Shown piece after piece: positions 38,151 through 49,734 of a stretch of DNA of 64,000 nt (position 1 is its first letter; each line of letters starts with the position of its first letter). A program made the translations under genes and the position numbers. Below the pieces are notes generated by a model, which worked only from the letters and a program-made list of their open reading frames with translations, searched no databases and had not been told where the DNA came from. The DNA comes from Felis catus (taxonomy: Eukaryota): positions 121,644,001-121,708,000 of the forward strand of contig NC_058370.1 of assembly GCF_018350175.1 (NCBI RefSeq), read 5' to 3'.

Positions 38151-38669
38151 GAAGCGGTCTTGTTCTTACCCATGCAGACAGCCAGCTTCTGGCCTGGCAC
38201 TCAACATCCATAAAGGCCTGCCGAGTGGAGGGACAAGGAGGCAGGCCTGAAGCTGTGCCCTGCAAGATGGACGAGGCATTCCAGGCAGGGGACGCCATAG
38301 GCCGGAGTCAGGGCTGACCGGAGAAGCCCCGCTGTAGAGGCAGGGTGCCCGAGGCTCTGGGAGCAGCAGACGGCCAGGTCTGGGGTCCTGAGCAACACGT
38401 CCTGCCATTTGTCCATCCTGTGTGTGTTGAGTGGGACAAGGGTTCTGCCCTCTAGCAGCTCAGGCTGGTGGAGGCAGGGAAGGAAACAGGTGCAACCTGG
38501 GGACATCAAGTGCTTTGACAGAGGGGGGCACCCACCCCAGCCCCGTGGGCCCGGGAAAGCTGCCTGGAGGAGAGGCTGAGTCCTGAGTGGCAGGGGAAGG
38601 AGTGTGGGGGTGGAAGGATGGGTAATGTGGCATTCTGGGCACGGGGGACATGATGCCTTTGGGGATCAG

Positions 38670-38870
38670 AACAGCAGGGCATTGAGAGTGAGGGGTCTGA
38701 GTCATTACTGGAGTGACCCAGGCAAGGATTCCACATCTCTGAGCCTCAGCTTTCCCTCATGCGGGATGAGAATTACAGCCCCTCCTTCCCAGGCGTTGTG
38801 TGAGAAGTAGAAGTAAGAATGCGTGTCAAAAGTGCCTAGCTGACTCCTGGCACAAGAGGTGCTCACCACA
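38670..38870 (+). mobile_element. MIR SINE relic
   Basis: gtgaccccaggcaag...tctctgagcctcagctttccctcatgcgggatgagaatt...aaagtgcctagc. Confidence 0.7.
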
Positions 38871-39005
38871 GGGAACTGCTGTGGACCTGCCTTTTGGATG
38901 GGACTCTCTCCCACGGGTCCTGCTCTTAGACACATTTATGCACACAAGCTCTCACGCAGGATAAACGTTCCCCAGCGCTCCGTGATCACACATGTCCTCA
39001 CACAC

Positions 39006-39339
39006 TGCTCTGGACTGATTGTGCCCCCAGAACTCCTATGTTGGAATCCTAACCCCCATGTGATGGGAGGTGACTAGGTCTCAAAGGTGGAGCCCTCGTG
39101 AAAGGGATCTGTGTCCTTATGAGAAGACAGGAGAGAACTCTCGGTCCCTTTCTGCTCCCTGTGCGAGGGAACAAGGGTAAGTCAGCAGTCTGCAACCTGA
39201 AAGGGGCTCTCACGAGAGCCTGACCGTGCTGGCATCCTGATCTCAGCCTTCCAGCCCTCAGAACTGTGGGAGAGAAATTTCTGCTGTTCATAAGCCACCC
39301 AGGTCATGGTAGTTATGACAGCCTGAGCTAGATAAAACA
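39006..39339 (+). mobile_element. MaLR solo LTR (MLT1A-like)
   Basis: TG...CA ends (tgctctggactga...taaaaca). Contains ctggcatcctgatctcagccttccagccctcagaactgtgggagagaaatttctgctgttcataagccaccc. 5-bp flanks cacac and tgcac. Confidence 0.85.
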
Positions 39340-39904
39340 TGCACCCTCCCACATGTTCACACGCAAGGGTACAAGGAGACACCAGTTGGCATGCACTGTG
39401 TTCGCCATATCTCCCCCTTTGCTTCCATCTGGTCCCCTCTCCCACCCCCGGAATCCGCGGAGACTTTAGCCTCGTGGGATGTGCTGTGGCCACCCCTATT
39501 CCAGGGCCCTGGATAAGGTGGGCTGCATTTAACCACCAGAGAGAGACTTTGTTGTGCGGTGGCAGCAGGCTGTGGAAGCCCTGGATGAAGGGGAGGAGGG
39601 TATATTTCATTCCTTCTCGCCCCCTCCCGGGGGCCTGTTCCTCACAAATGCGCATCAGGCAGCTTATCTGGTAAGCGGCCCAAAGTGAGGAGGGGAGGCT
39701 CTCTGGCACACGCTATTTTGGCGGCTACTTCTATTTTAAAACCTACTGACATCCCCTCTTGTTCTCCTGGAGGGCTCAGCATCTTCGAATTCTCCGTCTG
39801 TCCATTCCGTGGCCTGGAGGAGCCTGTCCTATTTGCACCAGGGGCCAGCCTGCTCCTCTCTGCCCATTTGCTCCAGGCACCCGCTGCTGTTTCTTTCTTT
39901 CTTT

Positions 39905-40140
39905 AAAAAAATGTTTTTTTTAAAAAATGTTTATTTACTCTTGAAGGAGAGAGAGAGAGAGAGAGAGAGAGCACGTGAGTGGGGGAGGGTCAGAGAGAGA
40001 GGGAGACACAGAATCTGAAGCAGGCTCCAGGCTCTGAGCTGTCAGCACAGAGCCCAATGCGGGGCTCGAACTCACGATCTGTGAGATCATGACCTGAGTG
40101 AAGTTGGTTGCCCAACCGACTGAGCCCCCCAGGCACCCCC
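39905..40140 (-). mobile_element. CanSINE (older felid/feliform subfamily)
   Basis: (GA)n, gagacacagaatctgaagcaggctccaggctctgagctgtcagcacagagccc...ccaggcacccc. TSD gctgctgtttct. Confidence 0.95.
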
Positions 40141-40499
40141 TGCTGCTGTTTCTTCTTCAGCTCTCTGGGTAGCCCAGACAAGACCCTTCTCTCCTCATTT
40201 GAAAAACGGGCTGTCCCTTAAATGTGTGTCTTGAGATGCCAGGCGGTGCGACCGTTTAAGACATCCTGCCTGCTCTCTGAGCGCTGGTCCCATAACGGGG
40301 ACCTGGCTTCCCATGCAGGTTTGCCCATGTGGGTGTCTCATCGCATACGGCACACAATGGCCTCTGCTTACACACCCATCTCTGTGGGCTTGGCCTTCTC
40401 TCTAAGTGCTGGTGTTTCTCAGGGTGCTATAGCATTCTCACGCCTTCCTCCCCTATACCTGTATAGGATCCTGTTTGCCCTCCTGGACTTAATTATTGC

Positions 40500-41300
40500 C
40501 CAGTTGCCAAATCTTCATCACCTTTAAATTCCAGACCCCATGACCCCACATGTTCAAATGCTTAGCAGACATCTTGACTGGGCTGTTTCATCTACACCTC
40601 CAACGCAGCCTGTCCTCCCCAGATCTGCCCCCTTTGTTGTACGGTGGTCCCATCACCCGCTGTTACCCAGGCAGGAGCGGGGACTGGGCTTTAGCAGCCC
40701 CTCCTCGGTAGCTCTCCAGCAGCCTTGACCACCCTGCTCCTTAATCTGCCTTCCACCCAGCCTCCGGGTCACCCATGGGATGCACCCCAATCTGTTCTTT
40801 GTGTTGCCGCCCCGTTTTCCCCTAAAATGCAAGTATGACTGTGTCACTCTTCCCTCCCAAACCCTCCAGCCTCATAGTCTAAGGGTCACGTCCCAACTCC
40901 TTGATGTGGTTCTCAAAGCGTTGCTGGCCTCCTGGGCCCCATCTCTCGTCACTCCTAGCCTGGCCCTTCCTCCTCCCCAGGATTGCCTCACACGCGGTTT
41001 GCAGCTTCACGTCTCCAGGCATTGGCCCCAGTGTGTCCATGGGGCTCCCCTTCATCAAGGCTCACTCCGTCTTATCCTTGAAGACTCAGCTCAGGCATGC
41101 TCTCCTGAGAAGCCTTCCCTGAACAAGCCCCTTGTCCCCGCTGGGCCACATGTATCGCCCCTGGTCTCCTAACACACCCACGAGGATGGAGCCCCGTGTG
41201 TTTCTATTTGCTCACCCCTCCCTCACTGCACGGTGAAAGACTTTGTTTTGCCTCCAAGAAAGGGTCCAGGGCATAGTAGGTGCTCAGTAAAGGTTTGAGT
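40500..41300 (+). mobile_element. L2 LINE 3' relic
   Basis: ctaaaatgcaagtatgactgtgtcactct...tccttgaagactcagctcagg...ggcatagtaggtgctcagtaaa. Confidence 0.7.
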
Positions 41301-42446
41301 TACGAATTAAGTCTTAATAGTAGGGAAGTTTCTCCATGATGCTCTGAGAGTGTGGGGCAAGGCAGGCTGAATTTTATGCAGTTGTTGGCTTTACCTAGGT
41401 CCCAGAAAGGACTCGATTTCTCTCTTCCTGGTACGATTCCAGGGCGAAGTGTGTTTTGAGTCCTTTCTAATCAAGCTGTCAATAGGGAGTCCTGACATCA
41501 GGCATTGATTTTTTGCCAAAGGGGAGGCAGCTTCCCCTGTGCGTTCTGCATCTCGGCAGTCAGCTCATATTTTTAGACCCTAATCTCTTCTGTCATCACA
41601 GACCATGCCCACCTCCATGCCACTGGGACCCAGGTTTCTAAAATCAGTGTCAGAGTTCCTGTCACTGAGATGTTAGAAGAGTGCACACCAAGGCCTGCAC
41701 AAGTGGACCCATCCCCTTAACCCATTTCTTCCCCTTGCCCCCCCCCCCAGTCGCTTTGAGGCCTCAGACCCCTCTAGGAGGGGTGCTCTTGGAGCACCCA
41801 CTGCCTTCAAAATATTTCGCCAGCCCCTGGCGAACCAGCCCAGAACCAGCCACTTATCACTGCTGGAGAAGCGAGCCCTGGTTCTTAGATCAGCCCAGAG
41901 ATGCCCCCAAGTGTGACACATCAGTCTCAGGGTCCCCCCGCTGCAGAGACGATCACAGACCCATTACTTTAAAACATTTCATTCACGTTTTCCTTTCCCT
42001 TCTAGCAGGGAAGGAGCAGAGGAACGAACAGTCACTGAGTCTGGGGATCCAGGAACAGGGGCTCTGGCTGCAACCTGCCATCTGCAATTGAGAGGCCACC
42101 CCTCCTCAGCTGATAGCTGCAGCTGCCGGCTGAATGTCCGGTCCGGCTGCTCGGTCTCCTGGCAGCCAGGTTCAGGTGTGGTTCAGGGACAGGAAGCAGA
42201 CAGGAGGTCAGAAGGCAGAGGGCCATGGACACAGCAGGTTTGGCCAAGCCACTGTATATATGTGGTTGTGCAGTGTCCTTCTCTGCTTGCATGAGCCATG
42301 TGCCCTGACAAAGGGACACCTCCACCTGGAGTGATGCCTGTGATGGTGAACTTTCCTTGTCTGGTTGGCTAGGCCATGGCGCCCAGGTATGTGGTCATAC
42401 ATCACTCTGGATGTTTCAGTGAGGGCATCTGGGGGCAGATTAACAT

Positions 42447-42525
42447 ATTTTAAAATATATTTTTAATGTTTTAAATTAAACTCCAGTTAGTTAACATACA
42501 GTGTAATATTAGTTTCAGGTGTATA
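42447..42525 (-). mobile_element. Very short carnivore L1 3'-terminal fragment
   Basis: ctccagttagttaacatacagtgtaatattagtttcaggtgta is the reverse L1 3' end, flanked by agattaacat on both sides. Confidence 0.75.
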
Positions 42526-42540
42526 GAGATTAACATTTAT

Positions 42541-42771
42541 TTATTTATTTATTTAAAGTTTATTTATTTTTGAGAGAGAGAGAGAGGGAGAGAATGAGTG
42601 GGGGAGGGGCAGAGAGAGAGGTGGGTGGGGTGGGGTGGAAAGAATCCCAAACAGGCTTCCCACTGTAATCACACAGCCTGATGTAAGGCTCAATCTCACC
42701 AACTAGGAGATCATGACCTGAGCCAAAATCAAGAGTTGGATGCTTAGCTGACTGAGCCATCCAGGCACCCC
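42541..42771 (-). mobile_element. CanSINE (older subfamily)
   Basis: gagatcatgacctgagccaaaatcaagagttggatgcttagctgactgagccatccaggcacccc. 15-bp TSD gagattaacatttat at 42526-42540 and 42773-42787. Confidence 0.95.
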
Positions 42772-43123
42772 TGAGATTAACATTTATATCAGTGGACTTT
42801 GAAAAAGTAGATTGCTCTTCCTAATGTGGGTGGGCCTAATCCAATCAGTTGAAGCCTAAATAGAACAAAAGATTGACCTCCCCTGATCAAGAAGAAATTT
42901 TACCAGCAGACAGACTTTGGACTTGAACTGTAACACTGACTTTTCCCGGGATCTCCAGCCTGATGGCCCAACCTTGCCAGCTTTCATAATCACCTGAGCC
43001 AGTTCTATAAAACAAATATTCTCTCTCTATGCATCCTATGGGTTCTGTCTCTTTGGAGAGCTCTGGCTAATACATCTCACTTATCAAAATTGCATCTTTA
43101 TTGCATAAGGACTAGTGGGCACC

Positions 43124-43524
43124 TGTAAGGGTTAAGTTGTAGTGTAGGGCTAACCTGTAACCTTAAGAAATAACAGCTTTGTTTTAACACTGTAGATTAA
43201 GAGATAACAACCTTGTCCTGTCAATCAAGGGAACAAAAGTTTAAGGAAAATCAACTGGTTTAGTGTTTGATTGGATTGGGGCAAGGGCATGTCTGAACAG
43301 TTTCCACCCCAATCTGGGAACCATTTCTTTGTTCTGTCCCCAGGTGATGATGATAAGACGATGTGGTTGACTATAAAAACTCTGTACCCCAGCTGTTCGA
43401 GACCGCACTCTGGTCAAGAGTGTCGGTCCCGATCGGTTGGCCTTGCCTCTCATTGTAATAAACTTTGTTGTGACGGTCACTGGTGCCCGTAGCATTCTGT
43501 TTCAAGAGTCGTGTGGATACAACA
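43124..43524 (+). mobile_element. Intact ERV1-type solo LTR, 401 bp
   Basis: TG...CA termini (tgtaagg...tacaaca), 4-bp TSD cacc at 43120-43123 and 43525-43528, TATAAAA 43372-43378, AATAAA 43457-43462, retained CpGs. Confidence 0.85.
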
Positions 43525-43719
43525 CACCCTGGAAGGCAGATCTGCCACTTGTCTGGGACATAGGTGCTGAATCTGCATTCAAAGTTTGGGCACGCCCTGA
43601 CTTGAAGGGTCTCATGGGTGATGTTTTTACAGGGGAGGAATCACTACCACATCCCAGATTGTGACTCTCCAAGGCAGGCAGACTAGCAGGCCCCCAGGTT
43701 TAAAAAGAAAAAAAAAAGC

Positions 43720-44200
43720 TAACCTGGCCATGACACTCCTGTTTCAAGCTCCTCAGGGGCTCTAGGGCAAAGCTTGAGCCCTGCACGCAGCCCGTGACTC
43801 CCCTGGGGACCAGGCCCTGGTCTGGTTTCTAGCTTCATGCCATACCACACTCCTCACAGGCTCTTGAACCTTCCCTCTCCACCCCCACCCATTCTTTTCT
43901 TGTCTTTCTGCCTTTGTACCTCCAGTTCTCACTGGAGTGCTCTGCCACCACCTCTTTGCCTGCAGAGCTGGAACTATAACTTCAGCACAGGTGTTACTTC
44001 TCCAGGAAGCCTTCCCTGACCACTCCCTATGCTCAAGTCTGGGCTGTATCTTCCTCCTCTGGGCTGTGACAGGACTCAGGGCTGATCCTTTGGACTCCTC
44101 CCACTATTGCCTGCTTCTTCCTCCAGGCTTTGAGTTCCTTGAGGTCCTGGGCTGGGACATAGTTGGCATAATAAGTGTCTGTCGAACGAATGAGTGAGAG
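43720..44200 (+). mobile_element. L2 LINE 3' relic
   Basis: gttacttctccaggaagccttccctgacc...tgagttccttgagg...gaacgaatgagtga. Confidence 0.65.
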
Positions 44201-44394
44201 CACAAATGAAATGGTCACTTCATATGGTTTCTCTTGGGTTCTTCCTAGTTGAAATGCTCTGGTGGATCACTCAGACTCATTTTTGCATCATTTTCACGGA
44301 CAGGGTAATGTTATTGCCCAGGCTCTAAAGTCATGTGTCAGCTTGTGGGTATTGATATATCCGGTAAAAAGTGCTGATGATCTAAATAAGAAAA

Positions 44395-44600
44395 CGATCA
44401 CAAAATTTTATTGAGCATTAACTCTATTAAGTACTGAGCTAAGCTTTTTATTATCTAATTTAATCTACTCCTCATAACTAGGTTCACTAGGTGAGCTTCA
44501 GAGAGGTTACTTAACTCACTCAAAGCTGCACAGCTAACAAAGTGGAATTGGGCTATGAAGCTGGATTTGATCAGAAAACCTGTGTAGTTAACCACTGAGC
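44395..44600 (-). mobile_element. MIR SINE relic
   Basis: ttttattgagcatttaact...cagagaggttacttaactcactcaaagctgcacagctaacaaagtgg. Confidence 0.7.
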
Positions 44601-45555
44601 TTCAAAGCCTAGGATTATTTTCTTGGTAACAGTGCCTAGGTGGGCTGTAAAATCTGTACCAGCTGGAACCCTCACCCCATATGGACCCCATAAAGGAACA
44701 CCCATAGAAAGCTGGACTTTGTGTGTGGATGCCAGGTGCTACCCAATCTCTCAGGCAGGAATCTCAGCTCCTCTCAGTTCAGGATCAGGTCTGTGCCCTG
44801 TGGCCCCTCCCTGTCCTTCCTGCCAGCCCCAGGGCCCCACTGCCTGGGCAAAAACAGAGGCTGTGCAGGCAAGAAGAAGTCGGGACCTCTCTGTGGCTGA
44901 CGTCCACCTCGGAGAGGGCAGCTGTCCAAGGTGGCCAGTTTCCTGGTTTTTTCACCAAAGCATTTCTGAGGGTGTGGGAGGTACTCCTCCAGGGACCTGG
45001 GTCCCAATCACAGTGAGAGGGCATATACAGCACTCAGATGATGGCAGGTTTTGTTTTCAGGAGCTCAGCAGGATCCTGGGCCTAGAAACAGACCAAGCTG
45101 GGAGAGGGGATGTGGTGCTGGATCTGAGTCCTTTGCTCTTCCAAGGGCCATTCTGAGTGGGAGGAGCCAGGAGGTACCAGGTGAGAGAGGCGGGTGGGAG
45201 AGGCTGGCGCTAGGCCCATCTCCCTCTGCTCATGTCCATTCATGGCCTCTGATTTTCTCAGCAGAGAGGTATGACCAGAGAGCTTTCTAGAGCCACTGAC
45301 CATATTTTGAACAGTTTGGGGATTCAGCAACCCTCTAGAAAACGTAGCTAATTTGGTCAGATTATGGATTCAGGAAAGATTGTAAAACTTCAGTCCCTGA
45401 CTTATTAACGCNNNNNNNNNNNNNNNNNNNNNNNNNNNNNNNNNNNNNNNNNNNNNNNNNNNNNNNNNNNNNNNNNNNNNNNNNNNNNNNNNNNNNNNNN
45501 NNNNNNNNNNNNNNNNNNNNNNNNNNNNNNNNNNNNNNNNNNNNNNNNNNNNNNN

Positions 45556-45909
45556 AACCAATGGTGTAAGATCTAGTCCGAAAGCTGGCAGGCTCAAGGC
45601 CCAAGAAGAGGCAATGTTTCAGTTCGAGTCTGAAGGCAGGAAAAAAACCAATGTTCCAGCTCAAGCTGTCAGGCAGGAGTAGTTCCTTCTTATCCATGAA
45701 AGGGTTAGCCTTTCTGTTCTATTTAGAACTTCAACTGATTATATAAGGCCCGCCGACATTAGGGAGAGCAATCTGCTTTATTCATTCTACTGATTCAAAT
45801 GTTAATCTCAGCCAGAAACACCCTCACAGACACATCCGGAACACTATCTGGCCAAATATCTTGGCCTCCCTTGACCCAGCCCAGTTGATGCATAAAATTA
45901 ACTATTGCA
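45556..45909 (-). mobile_element. ERVL LTR (MLT2-like), 3' part in N-gap
   Basis: tttcagttcgagtctgaaggcagg...ttcaactgatt...cagaaacaccctcacagac...gccaaatatc...agttgatgcataaaattaactattgca. Confidence 0.88.
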
Positions 45910-45957
45910 CCATCTCCTACAACTTCCACAACTACATCACTGCTTGTTGTAATTTTT

Positions 45958-46181
45958 TTTTATTTATTTTTATTTTTTTTTATTTTCTTTATTTTTGGGA
46001 CAGAGAGAGACAGAGCATGAACGGGGGAGGGGCAGAGAGAGAGGGAGACACAGAATCGGAAACAGGCTCCAGGCTCCGAGCCATCAGCCCAGAGCCTGAC
46101 GCGGGGCTCGAACTCCCGGACCGTGAGATCGTGACCTGGCTGAAGTCGGACGCTTAACCGACTGCGCCACCCAGGCGCCCC
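45958..46181 (-). mobile_element. Young full-length felid CanSINE (SINEC_Fc-like)
   Basis: Near-identical to the 13819 copy with CpGs intact. 17-bp TSD tgcttgttgtaattttt at 45941-45957 and 46217-46233. Confidence 0.97.
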
Positions 46182-46275
46182 TTTTTTTTTAAATTTTTTT
46201 TTTTTTTTTTATTTTTTGCTTGTTGTAATTTTTATATGAATCTGTGCTCTGGGTAGGAAGAGTCCAGGCAGGGAA

Positions 46276-46335
46276 ACACACATACACACGCACACACACA
46301 CGCACACACACACACACGCACACACGCACACACGC
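46276..46335. repeat. Imperfect (CA)n/(CG) microsatellite
   Basis: acacacatacacacgcacacacacacgcac... Confidence 0.9.
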
Positions 46336-47719
46336 AAAACCAAAACAATAAGAATACTAAGCAGGGCTTGAGAATTCCTTCCATGCTTACAGAACTTTTC
46401 CACTGGCTCTGCCTTGCCAGTAAATACTGCCCACTCCCAGGAGAGGAAGGGTCTGCCTCTTCTCCCCTCCCCGCCACCAGCAAATAAAATAAATAAGCCG
46501 CTTCCCAGCCACATCTGCTCCCCGGTCTCAGCATATGCTCTGCCTAGCTTGCTTCTTAACTGTTCAGACTCTAACGGGCAGTGTCCTCTGTGCCTCTGCC
46601 CCCCTTGGGGCCTTCTCCTGGCCCGGCCTTCCCAAGCTGCTGCTTCATGCATTACCCACAACATCAAAAATGTTCCACTGGTGGTTTCAAGATTCCTAAA
46701 AAACAGATTCAAAACATCTTTAATACTCTCTGAAGAAGCAATATATCACAGAAAAAGCTGTAACCTTTAGTACAGCTGATATTATCCAGACTGGGGGCTG
46801 ATTAGCGAGGTAACCGCAGCCACTTCGTATTCCGCGAGGCTGCTGGACGTGCGCCGTAGTCTGGCCACCCACTGTTGGCGCTCCCAAGAAAGGAGGCTGC
46901 TGATTTTCCAAGTGTTTGCCTAATCCCCTTTTCTATAACCTGAAAAAGAGTCACAGTCCTCAAAGGGGGTATTTTCCAAAAAAACAGCCTCCTCCTATTA
47001 ACACAACATCTCTGAAAATAATACGGACAGTTCCTCCAGCATGGAATGAATTTTCCTTCCTTTTCTTCCCATCGCAGAGTCGAGAGCACAGAGCTCTGGC
47101 TGAGCCTTGCCAAGGCAGCCAGACAGAGGGAAAGCTCAGTGAGCTGTTATGTATGCGAGCTTCACAGGACCAAAAGCCAGCAAGGAACTCCCTTCTCCTA
47201 GAGGACGGGGGACAAGTGTGGGGTGGGCGGCGGGCCCACCCAGGCTTCCGTTCGGGTGACTTCCATGAGGGGCTGTGGCACTTGCTGCTGCCTTGCCTGA
47301 GGGGGATGCGGCCGGGAAATCAGATACTTGGATTTGCCAGGTTGTTTACTCTTGCTTCTTTCTGAAGGTTAATGTTATGGGCAATCAAAGCAAGCTGAGA
47401 GGAGGAGACGAGAGGCAGAAAAATGGAAACCTTCAAACCAGTAAAAGGTTTCGTTTACCTTTGGTAAATAAAAGTGTGTTCATATTTTCACAAAGATATT
47501 TCTATTTCACCAGCTTACAATTCAAACTGGGCTGGGCAAACACGCCGTGATATGTCACAGTGCTAATCCAGAGAGAAACGGAAAACAGAGACTAAACGTA
47601 GGGATCCCCCTGTGGCTCTCCCTTAGATCCAGAAGGCAGACCAGCATCTACATTAGCTGATGCCCAAGGAGGCTCTCCCGTCCTCTGCCTGCCTTGGTCT
47701 GGGTGGGGATCCATCATGA

Positions 47720-48607
47720 GCGACCCCGAGAACAGAGCCAGAGACCCTCAGACTTAGTGCAAACTACAGAACCAATCCCCCCCCCACCCCCCCACCCCCC
47801 ACTCTGTGTTCTTGGACAGGTCGCCAGACTTCTCCCAACCTATTTCCTGTTTTCTGTGGGACAGTGTCAGTCTTACAGTTCATGGGGTGGCAAAAATGAT
47901 GGATGGCAAACCCTCAGCCTGGGCCTCACGCAGACTGGGTCCCTCCAAGATGAGAGGTTGTATTATTCTCATTATTCTAGAAAATGTCGTAGAGAATTGT
48001 TTGCTTGGTGATTGGAACTATGTTTCTTTTTAATAAAATCTTGATTTAAAAAAGGCCTGGAGGCACCTCTATTTTCTTTATTCAGCAGGATGGGGAGTGT
48101 GGCCAGGGCGACATTTAGATTCCCAGCAAATGCCTCGCTCTGACTAGCCGCGCTCCGTTCTCCTCTTCCCATCTTTCCCGCCTCCTCCCAGTTTAAGAAA
48201 GGGGAGATTAGATAAAATGAGAGCTATGAGGCTCCCTCCCAGAATAAGTTAAACCCAGGCTGGGTGTGGACTCTCTTTGGGGCTCAGTGGAGGAGTAGAA
48301 GCTGGCAGAAAAGGAAGCAGGGTGCTCCTTGGAGCTGAGGGTCAGTGGGGGAGCCTGCCTGGCCACTGGGGGGAAGCTCGGGGACATGCCACCCCTGGGG
48401 AGGCCTGGCGACCCTGGGAACAGAGCTGGAGACCCCCAGACTTAGCGCAAACCACAGAACCAACTCCCCCCGCCCGACACTCTGTGTCCTTGGACAGGTC
48501 ACCGGACTTCTCCCAACCTATTTCCTGTTTTCTGTGGGGGCAGTATCAGTCTTACAGTTCATGGGGTGGCAAAAATGATGGATGTCAAACCCATGGCAGA
48601 TGGGCCT
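47720..48607 (+). repeat. Local direct duplication of ~200 bp (47720-47926 and 48408-48607)
   Basis: Both copies share gacttctcccaacctatttcctgttttctgtggg and tcagtcttacagttcatggggtggcaaaaatgatggatg exactly. Confidence 0.92.
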
Positions 48608-49734
48608 GAGGGGTCTACACTCCTCACTGGGACCCACAGCCCCAGTGATGTCATTCTCATGAGTCTGAGGGGACCGGCCTTGGGATCCCTCACCAGGAGG
48701 AATCAAGGCCTGGAAGACCAGAGGCCATAGTGAGCCTGGTTCCCAAAAGAGAAGCAGAGGTAGGTCTTGCAGGTCCCGGAGCAGGTGTGAGAATGTTTGC
48801 TGAGGGGACAGAAAGGCTTACTGCCCAATAGGGGGACAGTGACATTTCTCGGCTGAAGACCCGTGCAGCTGAACCAGACTGATGTGGCCACTTCATTTTC
48901 ATCCAAGACCCTCAGCGCCAGCCACATCTACACATTAGCCAGGTGCATAATCGTCTGGCTGCAAATGCGGAGCCTGCCGATGCCTGTGGGTGTGAAGCTA
49001 CCTAGACTGGAATAATGGGTTTTCTCCAGAGAGCCGGGAAGTGGGGGGCAGGTGGCCCATGCAAGGTGAAGTATCAGCAGCTATCCTTCCTGCCCAGTGC
49101 ACTTGTCAGGTGCTCTGCAGTGTCCTGGCACTGGGTGCACCCTGTCAGATGAAGCCTGGTGCCACAGAGCCCAGGACCTCCTCTCTGGCGTGATGCCCCT
49201 TCAGAGCAGGATGCAGTAGAGAGAGGCCGCTGGGCACGTGGGCTCTTGGCTTTGGGCCATGAGCATGGCCTTGTCTGAAGGTGTGCTGACCTCACTGAGC
49301 TCTGCAAGCTCCTAATGGCTCCGAAATCGAGAGCAGGGTTGGGCATCCTCTCTAAGCAAGGACCACCAGGATAAAAGCATTATTAGTGGCAAACACGAAG
49401 CACTGGAAAAAATACTTCGACTTTTGTGCTAATTTTATTAAGGCGGAACAGGATTTTAAAACATGCTCTGAATAAACCCACACAGTGCTAGAGGTGTTAA
49501 GCAAAGCCCACGGATACGGAAGGGCCAGGAGGGATGCTCTGGAGCCCCCTGTACCCAGAGTGGTACCCAAAGCACCACATAACCCTCTCTGGCAGTTGTA
49601 TCTCGTTGCTTGGTAGTGTGGGGAAAGGAACATACCTTGACGCTCAGAAGACCTGGGTGTGGCTCCTGCCACTTCCTCCAGGGACCCCGAGGGATATTAA
49701 ATCTTGGTCTTTCCAATTTTAAAATGGGATAATA

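Larger units (their letters stand above)
42339..43074 (+). mobile_element. ERVL solo LTR (MLT2-like), interrupted by an L1 tail fragment and a CanSINE
   Basis: tgtgatggtgaa...cccaggtatgtggtcatacatcactctggatgtt...cctaatgtgggtgggcctaatccaatcagttgaag...tggctaataca. Confidence 0.88.
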
